NCBI RefSeq assembly: GCF_009834535.1
Contig: NC_045696.1
Location: forward strand, 49,664,001 to 49,728,000
Reading direction: 5' to 3'
Length of the DNA stretch: 64,000 nt
Source of the DNA: Camelus ferus
Lineage: Eukaryota
The translations under genes were made by a program, and so were the position numbers. The notes under the pieces were generated by a model. That model saw only the letters and a program-made list of their open reading frames with translations. It was not told where the DNA came from and ran no database searches. Positions 10,940-24,223 of this stretch are shown piece by piece. The first letter of the stretch is position 1. Each line of letters starts with the position of its first letter.

Positions 10940-12269
10940 ATGATCTTTAAAATCCTTCCGCCTGGCAGATCCTATGAGTTTATGCTTCTCAGACTCAAGC
11001 TAGTAAAGTGTGATATTAGGCCTGCATTCCTCACCCTTTAGCTCCAACAGAATTATTAAAAACAAACATCTTTTGCTCACTCTAAGCACACTGGACCACA
11101 CCACTGTGACAAAGTCCAGGAGAGAGAGGAAGTAATGATGCCTGAGCAGTATTCATTTTTGCAGCCTTCATCCAGTGAAGGCTAGTGATTTTCCACTTTC
11201 ATTTTTATGTTCAAAACAATGCCCTAAGGCGATAGACTGGGCATACTCCTTCGGCTCTCTCTGCTCTCTTCCTTTTCACCCTACCACCAACCATGTCCCT
11301 CTGAGTTCTCAGAACCTGGATTCCAGTCCTCGGGTAAGAAACAAGGGTCTCTGACTGTCCATTATGTCCAATTCCATTTCCAAGGTCACTAATGTGTTTT
11401 GGGTCAGATAGGTTTTTTTCTTTTTTTAACGCTATATCCTCTTCTAGGATGTTCCCGATCATTTAGAACGTCATTTGGGTGTCCAGGGCATCTTTCTGTG
11501 ATCAGCATTTATTTTCAGGTGATATGAACAGAACTTAAGACTGTTTTCTTGAAGGGAGGTATGCTGTACATGGACTGTGTCTCTATGAAAGCTACAGTGA
11601 GCACAAAAGCTAGTCCTTTATAAGAGCAGCACTCTGGAAGAGGAAGGGGGAAGGACTGCACAAACACATGATGTCTGAGTTGTGTAATGAAACCCAGATT
11701 CATTCAATGATCCAGTGGAAGGACCAGGGAACCGATTTTTTCCAATTCCAAAGTTTATGGATTATGGAGCTGCTCAACTTTAGAAGGAACGAATGCAGGA
11801 GGGAGGAATAATGAACTCATTAGGACATCCTCATTTGGTCTCTTCTGCTCTATGAGTCCATCTCTAGGCTTAGAATAAGAGTTCACTCACTTGGAGTCAT
11901 CCTAGGATGGTCACTTGCTGCCTGGTTTTGCCCCTCACTGTTCTAAGCAAGTTCATGGAGACAGGTCCCAGAGGGAAAGATTCAGATTGGTGATCCATCA
12001 GATACCACTTGCCTTTGACCATCCGGAGAGGAAGTTAATGAATACAGGGTCAGACAAGTTAATTTTTTACAGTTTCTGTTTATTTTTAAATTGTGTTCCA
12101 AACACTTAGAGAGACTGGTGAGAGGGAAAAAGTGGGGCAGCCTTCATAGCCATAATCCAGAAATGAGGTAAATGGCCCTAGAGCTGTGAGAAAGAGTACA
12201 AAGCCTGGCCGGAAGCTTCTCTAATGATATTATTGCGTGGCTTTGTGATGCTTATTTACATAATGATCA

Positions 12270-12380
12270 CTCATTAGACTTGGAGCGACTCTGAAGAAGA
12301 GACCTAGTCTTCAATGATCCAAGTCTAGCCCAGTGCTTTAGCACATCATGGTATTTTGTAGCAGATTTCAGTGAAAGGAT
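12270..12380 (+). mobile_element. L2 3' tail fragment
   Basis: cattagacttggagc...ctagcccagtgctttagcacatcatggt. Confidence 0.5.
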
Positions 12381-12912
12381 TTCTGCTATGTTGAAACTTT
12401 CTGCTCAAGTATTAAAAAGTGTACAAGACTTTTTTTCATGTTTTGGTGGCTCAGAAATTTTTGGAAAGGGAGTAAGGAAGTGGTATTTTCAGAATATTTC
12501 AGTTTCCTCTCCTTTTGGTCTTTAGTTAATCTTTTACAAATATAAAATAAGTGAGAGGGAAAAAAATATGGTTTAAGGCTCAAGCTAACCTATCAGGCTT
12601 TATGTTTTTATGACAAGTTTCTTCTTCTACCAGCATGTAAATGTTTTGATTGAAAGTCCAAAACATAGCATGGTATATAAAATTGGAAATTACATAAAGA
12701 GGTGGAAAGAACAGCTAAAGGGGAAAAAAGTGGAAGAATGCCAGAAATTGCTAATAACTATAAACCTATTGGAAAAGCTATAAAGCACATGTGAGGCCCC
12801 CAACCTGGTTTGGACTTTCTCTGCTTTGCCATTAGTTTTTGAACTGAATAAAGAAGTAATGTATTCTGCAACCCATGATTCATTATGTGAGTGTGATATT
12901 TAAGTCACTTAA

Positions 12913-13018
12913 TTAGGGTGAATATATAATTTATCATCTAATCTGGGACGCTTTTGCAAATGAAAGGGTGCACTAAACCAGGTCTGTCTCAGACAACTCA
13001 ACGCATATGGTTGCTCTA
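12913..13018. mobile_element. hAT-Blackjack MITE (MER94-like)
   Basis: tagggtgaatatataatttatcatctaatctgggacgcttttg ... catatggttgctcta degenerate inverted termini. Confidence 0.65.
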
Positions 13019-13191
13019 CTCACCATCCACTTAAGGGGCTGCCTCTTATTCTGTATATTTTGTTCAAGATGTTCTGTATTTTGCTCAAAGGGAGATCTTA
13101 ATTGGCCTCCCACATTAGGCCAGCCTGAAATGAACAGAAGTCTGCTTCAAACACATCTATTCACAGCCCAGCTGTGAGGACATGGCCCAGA

Positions 13192-13603
13192 CCAGTGTTT
13201 CTCAAAAGGTAGAATACATGACCAAGTGACAGGCTGCTTTGGGGTCATAAAGGACAAAGGACAGTGCACAAAATAACATCACAAAGCAGAAAGTTGGGTT
13301 TAGGTGCCAATTTGTTTTTCTCCCCTCTCTAATGGTTATTAATCTTTCATTGCATGACATTACTGACTTCTAGCCCACAGTTTCTAAGTGTCACTAATTA
13401 AATAGTGACCTTGTTTTCCTTGTATTTATTTTTAGATAATCTATTTATTGCAAGTGATACTGGTTTTTCATTTATTATAATGCTATTTTCTTTCAAAATG
13501 AGTTTAACAAAGAACCGCTTAAATAATATTATAGGTACTAGGTCAGTAGGAACAAAGGAAATCTTTTAAAAAACAAGAGAGAACATTCAAGACAGAACCA
13601 CTA
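13192..13603. mobile_element. hAT-Charlie element (MER113-like)
   Basis: cagtgtttctcaaa terminus; gcaagtgatactggtttttcattta internal motif; ends agaaccacta. Confidence 0.45.
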
Positions 13604-14309
13604 GCCAAAATGATACAAGAATTAGAAGTTCTGACCCAACAAACACACGTTCATTCGTGATCCAAGGAGTCGTGGGAGGCAAGGATGGTATAAGACTTCA
13701 CGCATATCTAGGTCCTTCCCTGAAAGCTAAAAGCATGAGTTAGGAAGAAATAGCCTCACCATCTTCACACAAAAAGGGAAGAGCTTGAGAACTTGCTAAA
13801 GTTAAGGAAAGCTGTCTGAACGTCAGACAAGGACACCAGATGAAAACTTAGCCAAGGGGAAATAGAGGTTGAAAACCAAGGGAGACCAATCCCCTTGGTT
13901 TAACCCTTAAAGAAGGGGAAGGAAAGAACACAAACATTAGCAGAAATACTTCAAAATCTATGGTCATAAATGAATAATATGACAAAAGGAGGTGGTTGAG
14001 GGGTGAGAATGGACAGCTCAAGAAATGCAGTTTGTCATGGTATATCCGCTGTGAAATCCATTCCTCAGGGTTGACTGAAATAGTGGGATAAAAGCCTACC
14101 TTTCCACCTGGATGTTCCCCACTCAATTCATGACTCAAAATCATCTACTCCTATTTTAGAGAAAGATTTTAATGTACAGGCAAAGCTTCCTAGGGAATCA
14201 TTCAACATTTAAATGTGATGAGAGACATATGAGCTGGAAATGGGTTTTTGGAACTTGTTAGCCTATTAGTGGTGATTGAAATCATGACAGTTGATAAAAC
14301 TGCACTCTA

Positions 14310-14652
14310 TGCCTCCCTCACAGACACTTTGCCCATGCTACTGTTGTCTGCAAAGAGGGTTCTCCTCCTACAAATCTTCCCCGGTCTGGTTAACTTTTAC
14401 TATTCGTTGTTCAGGTGTTCAGGTCTTGGCTTAAATGCCCCTCCATCTCCACCTGTGCCTTTGGTGTATGACCTCATAGCCTCCTCTTTCACAGCCCCTG
14501 TAACTCTGTTGTTACTACTTATTTAACATTCTCTAGTAGACTCTAAACTCCCTGAGGGCAGAAATGGGGACACCGTGACATCCCCACCACATGACCTAGT
14601 CTGGCACCAGTAGCAGTCAATAAATGAACGGATAAGTGAATGAGTGACTGAT
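14310..14652 (+). mobile_element. L2 3' end
   Basis: tagactctaaactccctgagggcagaa...ctggcaccagtagcagtcaataaatgaacggataagtgaatgagtgactga. Confidence 0.75.
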
Positions 14653-15244
14653 GCACAGCACGTTGTCATCACTCATGAATGTTCATGACAAGCACATGGA
14701 CGTGGTCTTTCTGGGCCAGCCATGAGGAGAGGTGTGAACCGCTGAGAAGAGGGGGCACATCAAACCAGCTGCCGCTCAGATCAGAATAACGTAATGGAAG
14801 TGAGAACCTCAGAAAACATGTGGGAAAGAGGTGAAGTTCATCTGTCCCAAGGGGCCCTCTCATGGGTAGGGCTTGGTCATGACTGGCTTAGGAAGTGGGT
14901 GAGACCAGCCTAAAGTTTGGAGACACTGTTGCGGAACAGGACATGACAGCACTCAGATGTCTGCTCATTGTGTTTTTAAGAGTGATCTCATCAACACGTG
15001 TGATTTTTTATCTCCTCCTGTTGGAACAAGCCTCTGCCCCACGGAGGGAATTGCTGAGCCACATCCCCTTGGTCTGAAAGGGGTGCAGCTCATATAACTG
15101 AGATGAGAAGAAGCCAAGCTAAGCCTGCTTTCCCGGCCCAATTATGCTGCTTCTATTAAAAATAGAACTAAATCCTCCAACAGCTACCTAAATACAAATT
15201 AATCACTAGGAAAACATTTTCTAAAATAATCATAAAGAGAAACA

Positions 15245-15385
15245 GTTATGTAACTTAGGGCAGGTTTACCTTTCAGAATCTCAGTTTCTTTATCTGTAAA
15301 ACTGGAATTGCAATCCCTACATTTCAGGGTTGATCTTATGCTCAAATAGATAAAGCACCAAACACCAAGGTTGTTGTTATTTGTA
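15245..15385 (+). mobile_element. MIR core
   Basis: tctcagtttctttatctgtaaaactggaa. Confidence 0.65.
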
Positions 15386-15824
15386 GAAATTTACGGTAAA
15401 CTGTAAGGAAATACAAACACCTCAGCATAATGTGATGACCCTCTCACTAAATATTCACTCTTCTATTCCAAACATTAATCTAAACTGTGTTTTCCTTTCG
15501 ACTGCAGCGGAAGATAACCTATTACTTTATCCTGAACATTTTTTAGGTCAAGAAGCCTTCTAGATCAGTATACATTAGTGCATGAATACCTTGAGTCCCT
15601 TGAGACCCTTCTCTTTAGCCTGATTTTTTTCTCACTGTAGTAAAAGACAGCTTTTCAAGCCCGTTTAAAGGCAAGACCGTATTTGTCTAGGATTCCACCT
15701 CTCAGTTCCTGTTTCTCCTTACCCCTGAGCCATCCCTTTGACCTATGCTCAGAGCACCAGTTCCATCCCCACCAATTGACTACCAACTCCCAACTTGGAA
15801 CCTTTCAGGGTATCATTCTGCTAC

Positions 15825-15955
15825 CTCTCACATCGGAATCATCAGATGCCTCACTCCAGACCTTCCAAGTCAAACTCTGTAAGAGTGAGGTTGGGAATTC
15901 ACATTTTAACAAGCTCCTTACACTATTCTTAGGCACATAAAGCTTGAGAATCCTG
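15825..15955. mobile_element. MER5A-like fragment
   Basis: ggaattcacattttaacaagctcc...aaagcttgagaatcctg. Confidence 0.55.
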
Positions 15956-16483
15956 GCCAAAGGCAGCATATACCTGGGCTGAGAAAAGTGCCTGGGGCTC
16001 TTAGGGCAGAACTCTGCTGTCACCACCTTTCAAGTCCCATTAAATGGATGTGCCTCTTTTCACAGCACCTGAAAAATACCTCAACGGTATTTTTCAACTT
16101 TAAACCTGTTTTGCTCTTTGGAAAATCTAGTGCAGAAATTGGTACCTAACCAAGTGTAACTGGAGTAATTTGTGACGAGCCTTTGGCTTAAATAACCAAC
16201 ACTTCAAGTTAATGAATAATAGGTTCACGTCAATGATTCCCAGAATGTAAGGCACTTGCTGTTGACCTTGAGAGAGGATTTTAAATGGCATCCTCACGTG
16301 GCATGAAATAACAATGAGTCACAAAGTGACATTCTTTCCATTCCTCTTTCAAGCTTTCTGACTACATCAAGGAGTAAGTCTCAGAACGGTGCTGGGTGTC
16401 TTCCACCACCATCCAAGCACTCTGCTTAGCACTTCCCAACCTGTCTTTTTTTTTTTAATAAAGAGAGAGTAGGTTTCAGGCTA

Positions 16484-16722
16484 CAGCTTTCTCAAGCAAC
16501 AGTATTTAACTGGAGTGGAATGAATTCTGTAACTTCTTGTTTATTTACCTTTATTATTTTCTTTGATTTAGTATATATACTGATATAACATTTCCTTTTA
16601 TTAAATATCTAAATGTTAAACAGTAAGTTGATTTAAAGCAAAATAATGGTCCAGGTAATATATGGTATGGCAAAGATCATGAAGGATGCAAATGAGTAAC
16701 TAAAGTTTCAGAAAAACTGTCT
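16484..16722. mobile_element. hAT-Charlie fragment (MER113-like)
   Basis: taagttgatttaaag...ggtatggcaaagatcatgaagg...aagtttcagaaaaactg. Confidence 0.5.
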
Positions 16723-17039
16723 AGTATCTAGTTCTAGATGAAGAGCTATGAGCAGGTTAGAGCGGTCCTTAGAATAAGATGAGAAAACAGATTTTCCCGT
16801 TGTACCCCATGATGCTGAGTTTGCTACATTGATATTTTATGCACAAGAAGAACAATTCATTTAGCATTTCTTCGATGCAAGATACGAGTAAGGTTCCACA
16901 CCAGCTGTCTCATAGTCATAAAGGAGAAGGAAAAGCCAATTTCTCTTTTTACGAACCATATGTAAAATGGCAAAGCTCAAGAGTTGTTTATAGGTTAAGG
17001 GCATGGGCTGGTTTTACTGCTTATTAGTTTGAAACAATT

Positions 17040-17212
17040 ACATATCCACAATACACAATATATACATACATATGTACATATATATTTAAGTAAATATATT
17101 TATATTTGTAAGCTATACATATAAACATATATAATATACTATGTATAGATATATAGTTATATGTAATATACTATATATAAATATATTACATATATTTTGT
17201 ATATGTTTATAA
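17040..17212. repeat. AT-rich (TA)n-like low-complexity tract
   Basis: Degenerate TA/TATG repeats visible directly. Confidence 0.85.
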
Positions 17213-19621
17213 ACTAAGCACAGTGCCCAACACATAGAAAGTGCTTGATATGGGCTTGTTATTTTGTCGTTATTTAAAATTAGCATAGCTGCTGCTCTTT
17301 ATCATTTTTTGGTGCTTAAAGTGAATCATTGGGATGGTCATTTTCTAAGGATATGTAAACCCTTTACGACTTCCAGCTTTTAATTCTTTACTCTTCAAGT
17401 TAGTCTGAAGAACAATTTGGATCCCTTGACTGAAATTATTTTCCCATATTTTCTCACACTTATATTGTACCTTTCCAAAAATCTTATCTCATAGCCAACT
17501 ATGTTTAGGACCACGTTCCCCTGGTAGAGGGACCCCAGCATACGAGAATAGGCTCAGAATATCTGAACTGCTAGGGACCCTAGCTTTTCAAATCTTACAG
17601 ACACACTACTAACAACACTGCTTAGCTGACTGAGTTATGAGAACTGATTCAGAATGAGTAGAAAAGACAGTAAATTTTGCCCACTTTATTAGTAATGTCT
17701 CTTGAAGGAGAAGATAGGCTGATCATAAATTATTCTAGTTAGTAAGGACAAGACAAATTAAGTTTTGTAGACCATTACACCTTTATTTTTTCTCTGATAA
17801 GTTATGGTGTCTTCTTTTTATTTGGTGATGGTTTTCTCAATTTATACAGTAATGCTCATCTCTGAGGTTGATCTCTTGCATGAAAACTTTCGGTAGAAAG
17901 TTGTGGCTTCTGTTAATACAAGCTGACTCATGAAAATGGGCTTTGGGAAGCCAGCCTTGCTTGAAAAGAAATAAAACATTAACTATGTGGGTGTTTATGT
18001 TTCTATTCAGTAAAGTATCAGAGAGAAATGTAGTGGCCTTGCAAATGGACATGTGGTAGCCTTTGTGAGACCAGGGAAATGAGATCTTTGGAGGCTATAT
18101 ATTAAACAAATGATGTAGTCTACTTTCTAAACTCAGTACAAGTACATTCACAAGATATGCTCACATAATTTCTTTGTCCACTTTCTTTTGTTTCTTACTT
18201 TACCTTCTCCCCCAACCTGGGCTATTAGTACTGAGTCCAGTTTCTCCCAATAGCATCAACTCTCAAGTCTCCTACTTAACCCCATTATCCAAGAAATCTA
18301 GGGGCTGACTTTAGTCCCAAGTGGGCCAGTCTTGCTTCTACTCTCTAAGGTACGAGTCTCACTGGATCACTGTGGCCAGGTTTTCTCAGTATCACACACT
18401 GTCACTACTGAAGTTGTGTCCCACAAAGTCTAACATTTTTTGGTAGTAATGTCCTTGCCAGCCAAGGCCTGGCTAGTGCTGCAGTGGTACCAAGCAGTAA
18501 GGCTCTACAGTTGCATCTCTTTTATGTCATATTCTACCAGACTGACAGCAGTGCAGACTGGTAAAATCTTGAGGAAGTTCTGGCATCAGCTCCATGCTGT
18601 GCCACAATCCTCCCTTTACATCTTGAACTTTGGTCACTAGACTGCATGCTTTCTTTCCTCAAAGTTAGTTTTATTTTACAAATCTTGTTGCTCTTCCCTT
18701 CCAATATAATTTCCAATGTTCATGAACCCTAGTTCACAGTAATTCATCTTCTTAACTTCGGGAAGGTAGAATTTCAACTCACTGTTCTGCAAGAAAATCT
18801 GTAAAAAACCGGGTTAGATAACCCATCTGAATTCAAGGCCACTTAGTCTCTTTCACGTGGAATCACCCGAAGTGAAAGGCCTATCTCCACTTTAATGTAT
18901 GGCATAGCCAGAGGTATACCCTTCAATGACTGCTTCCCATCTGGGTGACACTGGGTACAGGAGAGCTTTATTCAAAATTCTAGTTTGTTTGTTCTTCTTT
19001 GGAGAATTTATATAATAGGGAATTTTGAGAAACTGCCTAAAACGTCCATAAAACCAAAGTTTTAATTAGGACATTCTTTATGGACATAATATACTTCCTT
19101 TCAGGAAACAAACCCACTATTTTCTCAACCCTTATGTTGTTTATCCTTTAGAAGATACCCCACTATCCTACCATAGCTCACTTTGATTTTTTTCATCTGT
19201 GTACCCCAAAGATAAATGAACCTCAATAGGGTCTGTGAATTTAACTTTCAAGATGCATCTATATTTATCAAATAAATTATTGAGCTGGAAACGAAGCAAG
19301 GTTGGTGAGGGCTTAGACATAATTTAGCAACCACATCTGTCATGGTATGAAATATCTCTCAGGCATTAGTGATTATGAAGCTTTGCAGAAAAGCAGTGGC
19401 CAAGGGTCTAACCAAAGGAAACTTGGACTAAGATCAAACCATCCTTGCCCCAGTGGCTTGAGGTTGCTCCTTTTTGTTTTTCTTGAGCTCTCTAGAGAAA
19501 GTCTGATCATATTCTTCTGCCTCTAACAACTACATGTAGAATAGGAATTGGCATGGGGACCGAGTGATCAGCTAGTCTAAACCTTTGAGTCATAAATTCC
19601 TTCACTCTTGCAATGATTGAT

Positions 19622-19790
19622 ACAGATGGTCAAGAGTACAAATGAATACCCTATGTCTAAATATCTTAAATTTAAACACAAAGCTAAAAAATTGTTAAAT
19701 AGATATGTTCTGTCTTCCTTGATAAAAATACCTTCATAACTACCTGGAAAATAAGGTCCAAATTTAGAATTCTCAGACCCCTTAGACTTC
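19622..19790. mobile_element. hAT-Tip100 fragment (MER115/Zaphod-like)
   Basis: caagagtacaaatg...tatgtctaaatat...aataccttcataactacctggaa...aatttagaattctcagac. Confidence 0.45.
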
Positions 19791-20170
19791 TACTTAAGAT
19801 TCTGCCTTCAGATCTCAGTAGCCAAAATATGTTAGCTTAGCGAGTACAGTTTCAGAACCAGAGTTATTTCAAGGATAGTCTCTGAAGTTCTCCTTTCCTG
19901 GAGACCTCAAAGAAAGTCTCCTTGTGGATCTTTTCTTAGGACCCCCAATGATTCTGAGCGTCTAGTGGAATTCTAAGCCAAATCAGGTCTGCTTTCAGCA
20001 ACACTTCCAAGATAGGACACAAAGAAACCGATGTCCTACCATCTTAATGAATTTCATATGCCTTTTCCAGGCCAGGCCAGACTCAGTTCTTCTAAGACCC
20101 AAGGCACTAGGCTAGGGTATCCTAGAGATTGGCTCTTCTATGTTTTCAAAGGGAGAATGTATAAAGACTC

Positions 20171-20228
20171 TGTATTAGGGTTCTCCAGAGAAATAGAATA
20201 TTTGAGATTTTATACATAAGATATGTAT

Positions 20229-20281
<53 letters not shown>

Positions 20282-20951
20282 TGGGCCACAGTCTTGTCCC
20301 CACCTTGCCCCCCAGAACAGCAGGCATAAGCCTGCTCTGGGGAACACCTACCACAAGGCTGTCTCAGGAACCAGAACAAGGGGTGTCACAGGTTCAGGAA
20401 GGAGGCCTAAGGGCAGGAAGTGGAGATAAGTACCGTTGAGACAGATGGCCATATCACCAGCCAGGTGGGCAGAGTACCACCAAGAAACAGCCACTGGTTT
20501 CAAGGGCTCCAGGTCTGGCCAGATGGGTCCTTGAGGAAGGACTCAGCATATATATATATGATTTATTTTATTATAAAACAAATAAATATTTATGATTTAT
20601 TTTAAGAATTTGGCTCACATGAGTATAGAGGCTGGCAAATTCAAATTCTGCAGGGCAGGCCTGCAGCCTGGAGAGCCAGGGCAGAACTGAAGCTGCTGCT
20701 CAAGTCCAAAGGCAGTCTGCTGGCAGAATCGCCTCTTCTTCAGGGGATGTCTGTCTTTTTTCTCTTAAGACTTCCAACTGATTAGCTGAAGCCCACTGAC
20801 ATTATGAAGGGGAAGCTGCTTTACTCAAAGTCTACTCATTGAAATGTTAATCTCCTCTTAAAAAAATCTTCATATCAGCATCCAGACCAGTGTTTGATCA
20901 AATATCTGGATCTCATAGTCTAGCCAAGTTGACACAAAATTAACCCTCGTA
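20171..20951 (-). mobile_element. ERVL solo LTR (MLT2-like) with internal (CA)n and a 269 bp insert
   Basis: tgtattagggttctccagagaaatagaa ... ctttactcaaagtctact ... tagccaagttgacacaaaattaacc. Confidence 0.85.
20229..20278. repeat. (CA)n microsatellite, ~25 units with one interruption
   Basis: Directly visible. Confidence 0.95.
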
Positions 20952-21684
20952 GGCTCCGTGACAGTGCATATCTTCTTAGGTGCAACAGCAGTGATGATGC
21001 TAAAAACAAGACCTTGTTTGCCAAGTGCTGTCACATTTTTTTAAAGTTAAATTTGAATACATCCATCTTGATTTACCTAGGGAAATACCAGTAACCTCGA
21101 GGAGGCCCAGGGGGCTGTCTAATGGTCACACACTATAGGTTTTATTTCCATTCAACTGCTGGCAGGCAAAAATGTCAGTCCTGAAAAGACATACCACTTC
21201 CAGGGCTAACTGCTTTACTAGGTGGGACCACGTTTCCACAGGAAGAGTTTGAATTTCAGTTGTTAGGAAATCCTATATTCGGCAAATTGGGGAGCTATGT
21301 CAAACCCCATAAATAAAAGCAGGCCAGGTTACTTATAACTGCACTGATTACCTTTCCAGTCCATTTTTGAAGCCAGAACCTTAGGTAGTAAATTTAGGTA
21401 TTAGTTTCTCACATGGTGCTGTTCTCTGTTTCTTTTGTACTTTGCAACTGAAGGGGGAATATATATAGTGAGGGAGATAATACGAAATGGGGGAAATAAT
21501 ATTTTTCTATCTATATAAACAATCTGGATTCACTAAGGATTCTAAGATTCCAAATAAAATTTACCATACTTTATAGACACTCAAATCAGAAGTCACAGGG
21601 GCTATATGCCATCTGTTCAATATAAACTAACCAGAGAAGAAAAGAGAAAGAAATTTATAAGATGCAAAGTAAAAATATTAAGTA

Positions 21685-21880
21685 CAATAATAATAGCTTG
21701 GATTTCACACCAACTATATTTCTGCCAGACACACTATGTATACATTACTGCTAATTCTAAATACAAGGCAGGAAGTGTCATTTTCCCCTATTTAAAGGTA
21801 AGATTAAGATTCAGAAAGTTGAAACGTCCTGCATAAGGTCCACTGGAAACTACTCATTTTGCCAGGATTTAAGCAGCAGT
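21685..21880 (-). mobile_element. MIR SINE
   Basis: aataataatagc...ccccctatttaaaggtaagattaagattcagaaagttgaaacgtcctgcataaggtc. Confidence 0.6.
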
Positions 21881-22289
21881 TTTCTTTGTGGAAAAGTAAA
21901 AGGCAGGTGTAAAAGCGATACAGCTCAGACTCCCCTCAGTCCCAGGAGTGTCAGGAAACTCAGGAGCTTTCAGTGGATGGACAAAGTCGTCTTGACTCTC
22001 AGGACTGAAAATCCCTTTGATGGTTTCCAAGACACCTCCAGTTTCTGGAATTTTCTCACTTTATTCTAAAGAGTGGAAATTTATCCCTTTATAGTGACAA
22101 TCCAACTAGAAAGATCAAAGTTAAGGGACAGTATCTTTTCCAATGAGCTCTAGGAAAGATTGGTGAGTTGCAGAAGAGGAAGTCTGAGGGATCAAGTTAA
22201 TGACTTGAGCTCTTTCCTCACTCTTATCTCTCTTCCTTGGTCCAAATCAGTGACAGGCACCAACACCAAAAGTAGCCAAAATTCTTCCT

Positions 22290-22510
22290 CTTTCATTTAT
22301 CCTTTTCTTCATTAATTGATCACATACTACATATCAGACACGGTACTGCGACTAGGAAGTGAAAGACATCGTCCCTGTGTCTTGAAGAACTTGCTGTCTA
22401 CCCCTGGAGGAAAAAAAAATTCACATAATTATACTATACACCTGGTTAAGTAAAATAACAGATTTCTGTAATGGATACTATGAGAGTAAAGGAAGGGCTT
22501 TCAAGGTGGC
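22290..22510 (-). mobile_element. L2 3' fragment
   Basis: ttcattaattgatcacatactacatatcagacacggtact...gtccctgtgtcttgaagaacttgctgtcta. Confidence 0.55.
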
Positions 22511-23042
22511 AAGCAATTTGCATTCCTGGGAGGAGCCTCCAAGATGATGGCTGTGTCAGATGGCCCAAGGAGCAGCAGTAGTAATAGTAATGGCACATGG
22601 GATCACCAGGTGATGCTGGAGTGCTCAGCCGGGGCAAGTTCCAAAATAGCCTATGAGCTGGGTGACCTCAGGGACCAGGAGGAACATGGGAGTTGTGAAA
22701 GATCCTAATTATCCCCTCCACTTCAGGCCAGAATTCATGATTCAAAGAGCTGCAATTCCAACAGTTCCCATGAAGGAGGGCTGAGATATGGAATGAATGT
22801 TCTGTAATCTGTACCTCACTTGCACCCCAGGCCTGGTATCCCTGAGAGAATGCTTGTTATGTTTTTAGAGATTTCCGGATAGTATTTCATCTGAATTAAC
22901 TCAACTCAGAAATTTGAAATACAGCAGCATCATATCACAATGCTTATAGAAAAGGTATCTATTGTGGGATGAGTTGTGGAAGTGTATGTCTGTTGATAGA
23001 GTTTAAGGCAGATCATTACCTATCTTAAGTCTTCTTTAGAGT

Positions 23043-23820
23043 TGTTAGTGGACAGAGGGGCTCATAAATTAGGAAGCCCACCAAAGTGTGGGTCCTTGTC
23101 ATGGACGGTGAAAGAATTTGAGCCACAGAGGCAGAGGGACAAAGCCACTTGATTGCTCAAAAGAGGAAAAGGAAAGAAAGTGCTCTAACGAGGATAAAGT
23201 GCTCTAGCAGGGAGCCATCAGCAGGATGACTGGTAGAGACAGCTCCAGCTGTGGCTCGGGCCACGTGGACTTTTATGGGAGGCTTCCATCATCATGTCCT
23301 TGTTCCAGGTATGCTGGAGCTGATTGCCTTTGTTTTCCATCTTTGTACGTGGGCTTTTCTGGTTGTTGTCATGGCAATCATCAACTGTCATGGCGCTGGT
23401 GGGTGTGTCACTTAACATGCTAATACATTACAGTGACAATATAATGAGACTAAAGGTCCTCTGGAAGTCAGATCCTCCACCGTCTTGGGCTTTGCAGGTT
23501 ATAACCAGTTCTTGTTTCTTTTTTTTTCCTCCTGAGACTTAAATAAGAGTAATTGGTTTCTATTTGAGGGCAGAGCAGGGGTATGATCCTGGGGGCAAGC
23601 CTTGGTAAACAGGACCCTGCCCCAAGGCTGCACTACTGTTTCTTGACTGTTCTTTGTTTCTGCATTCTCCCCCTTCCCTGATTAGCAACTGCTTGAATCT
23701 GCCCTTTGGAGCTCAGTGAAGGTCAAGGAGGCTGAATGAAACCTATGTTCTACAAACAAGAAACAGGGAACAGGAAAGATGTGCACCAGGGAGGACCCCA
23801 CAGAGTCCTGCTCAGTATCA
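23043..23820 (-). mobile_element. Complete ERV1-class solo LTR (778 bp) with MER41-like core
   Basis: TG...CA termini; 4 bp TSD GAGT at 23039-23042 and 23821-23824; aactgtcatggcgctggtgggtgtgtcacttaacatgctaatacatta resembles the MER41 core; TATA-like CATAAAA on the - strand near 23270. Confidence 0.9.
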
Positions 23821-24142
23821 GAGTAGCCAGTCTGGAACTGTGGAGTAGAGTTTGCACGAAGCTTTCTCACCAGCCCTTAGCTCCACACTGACCAGAGCCC
23901 ACCAGCCTTTCATAAACCTAGCAAAGGCCTGTCTATTTACAGCTGCAGGGACAAATACATTCACAGCAAACCTAGTTGGAGACAAATGTGAAATCACAAT
24001 CAGTATGCACGAACATTTCAGATCCTTAGAACGACCTGTCATTACATAAGGGAGAACGTATGCCGATGTAAAGAAAATGTCTTTTAGATTGAGAAATGTG
24101 ACTGGTCTGTTGTTCCTCACCAGCCCCCTTTCCTCTGGGTAG

Positions 24143-24146
<4 letters not shown>

Positions 24147-24205
<59 letters not shown>

Positions 24206-24223
24206 TGTGTGTGTGTGTGTGTG
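24147..24223. repeat. (GT)n microsatellite: 29 perfect units, one CT interruption, then 8 units
   Basis: Directly visible. Confidence 0.97.
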
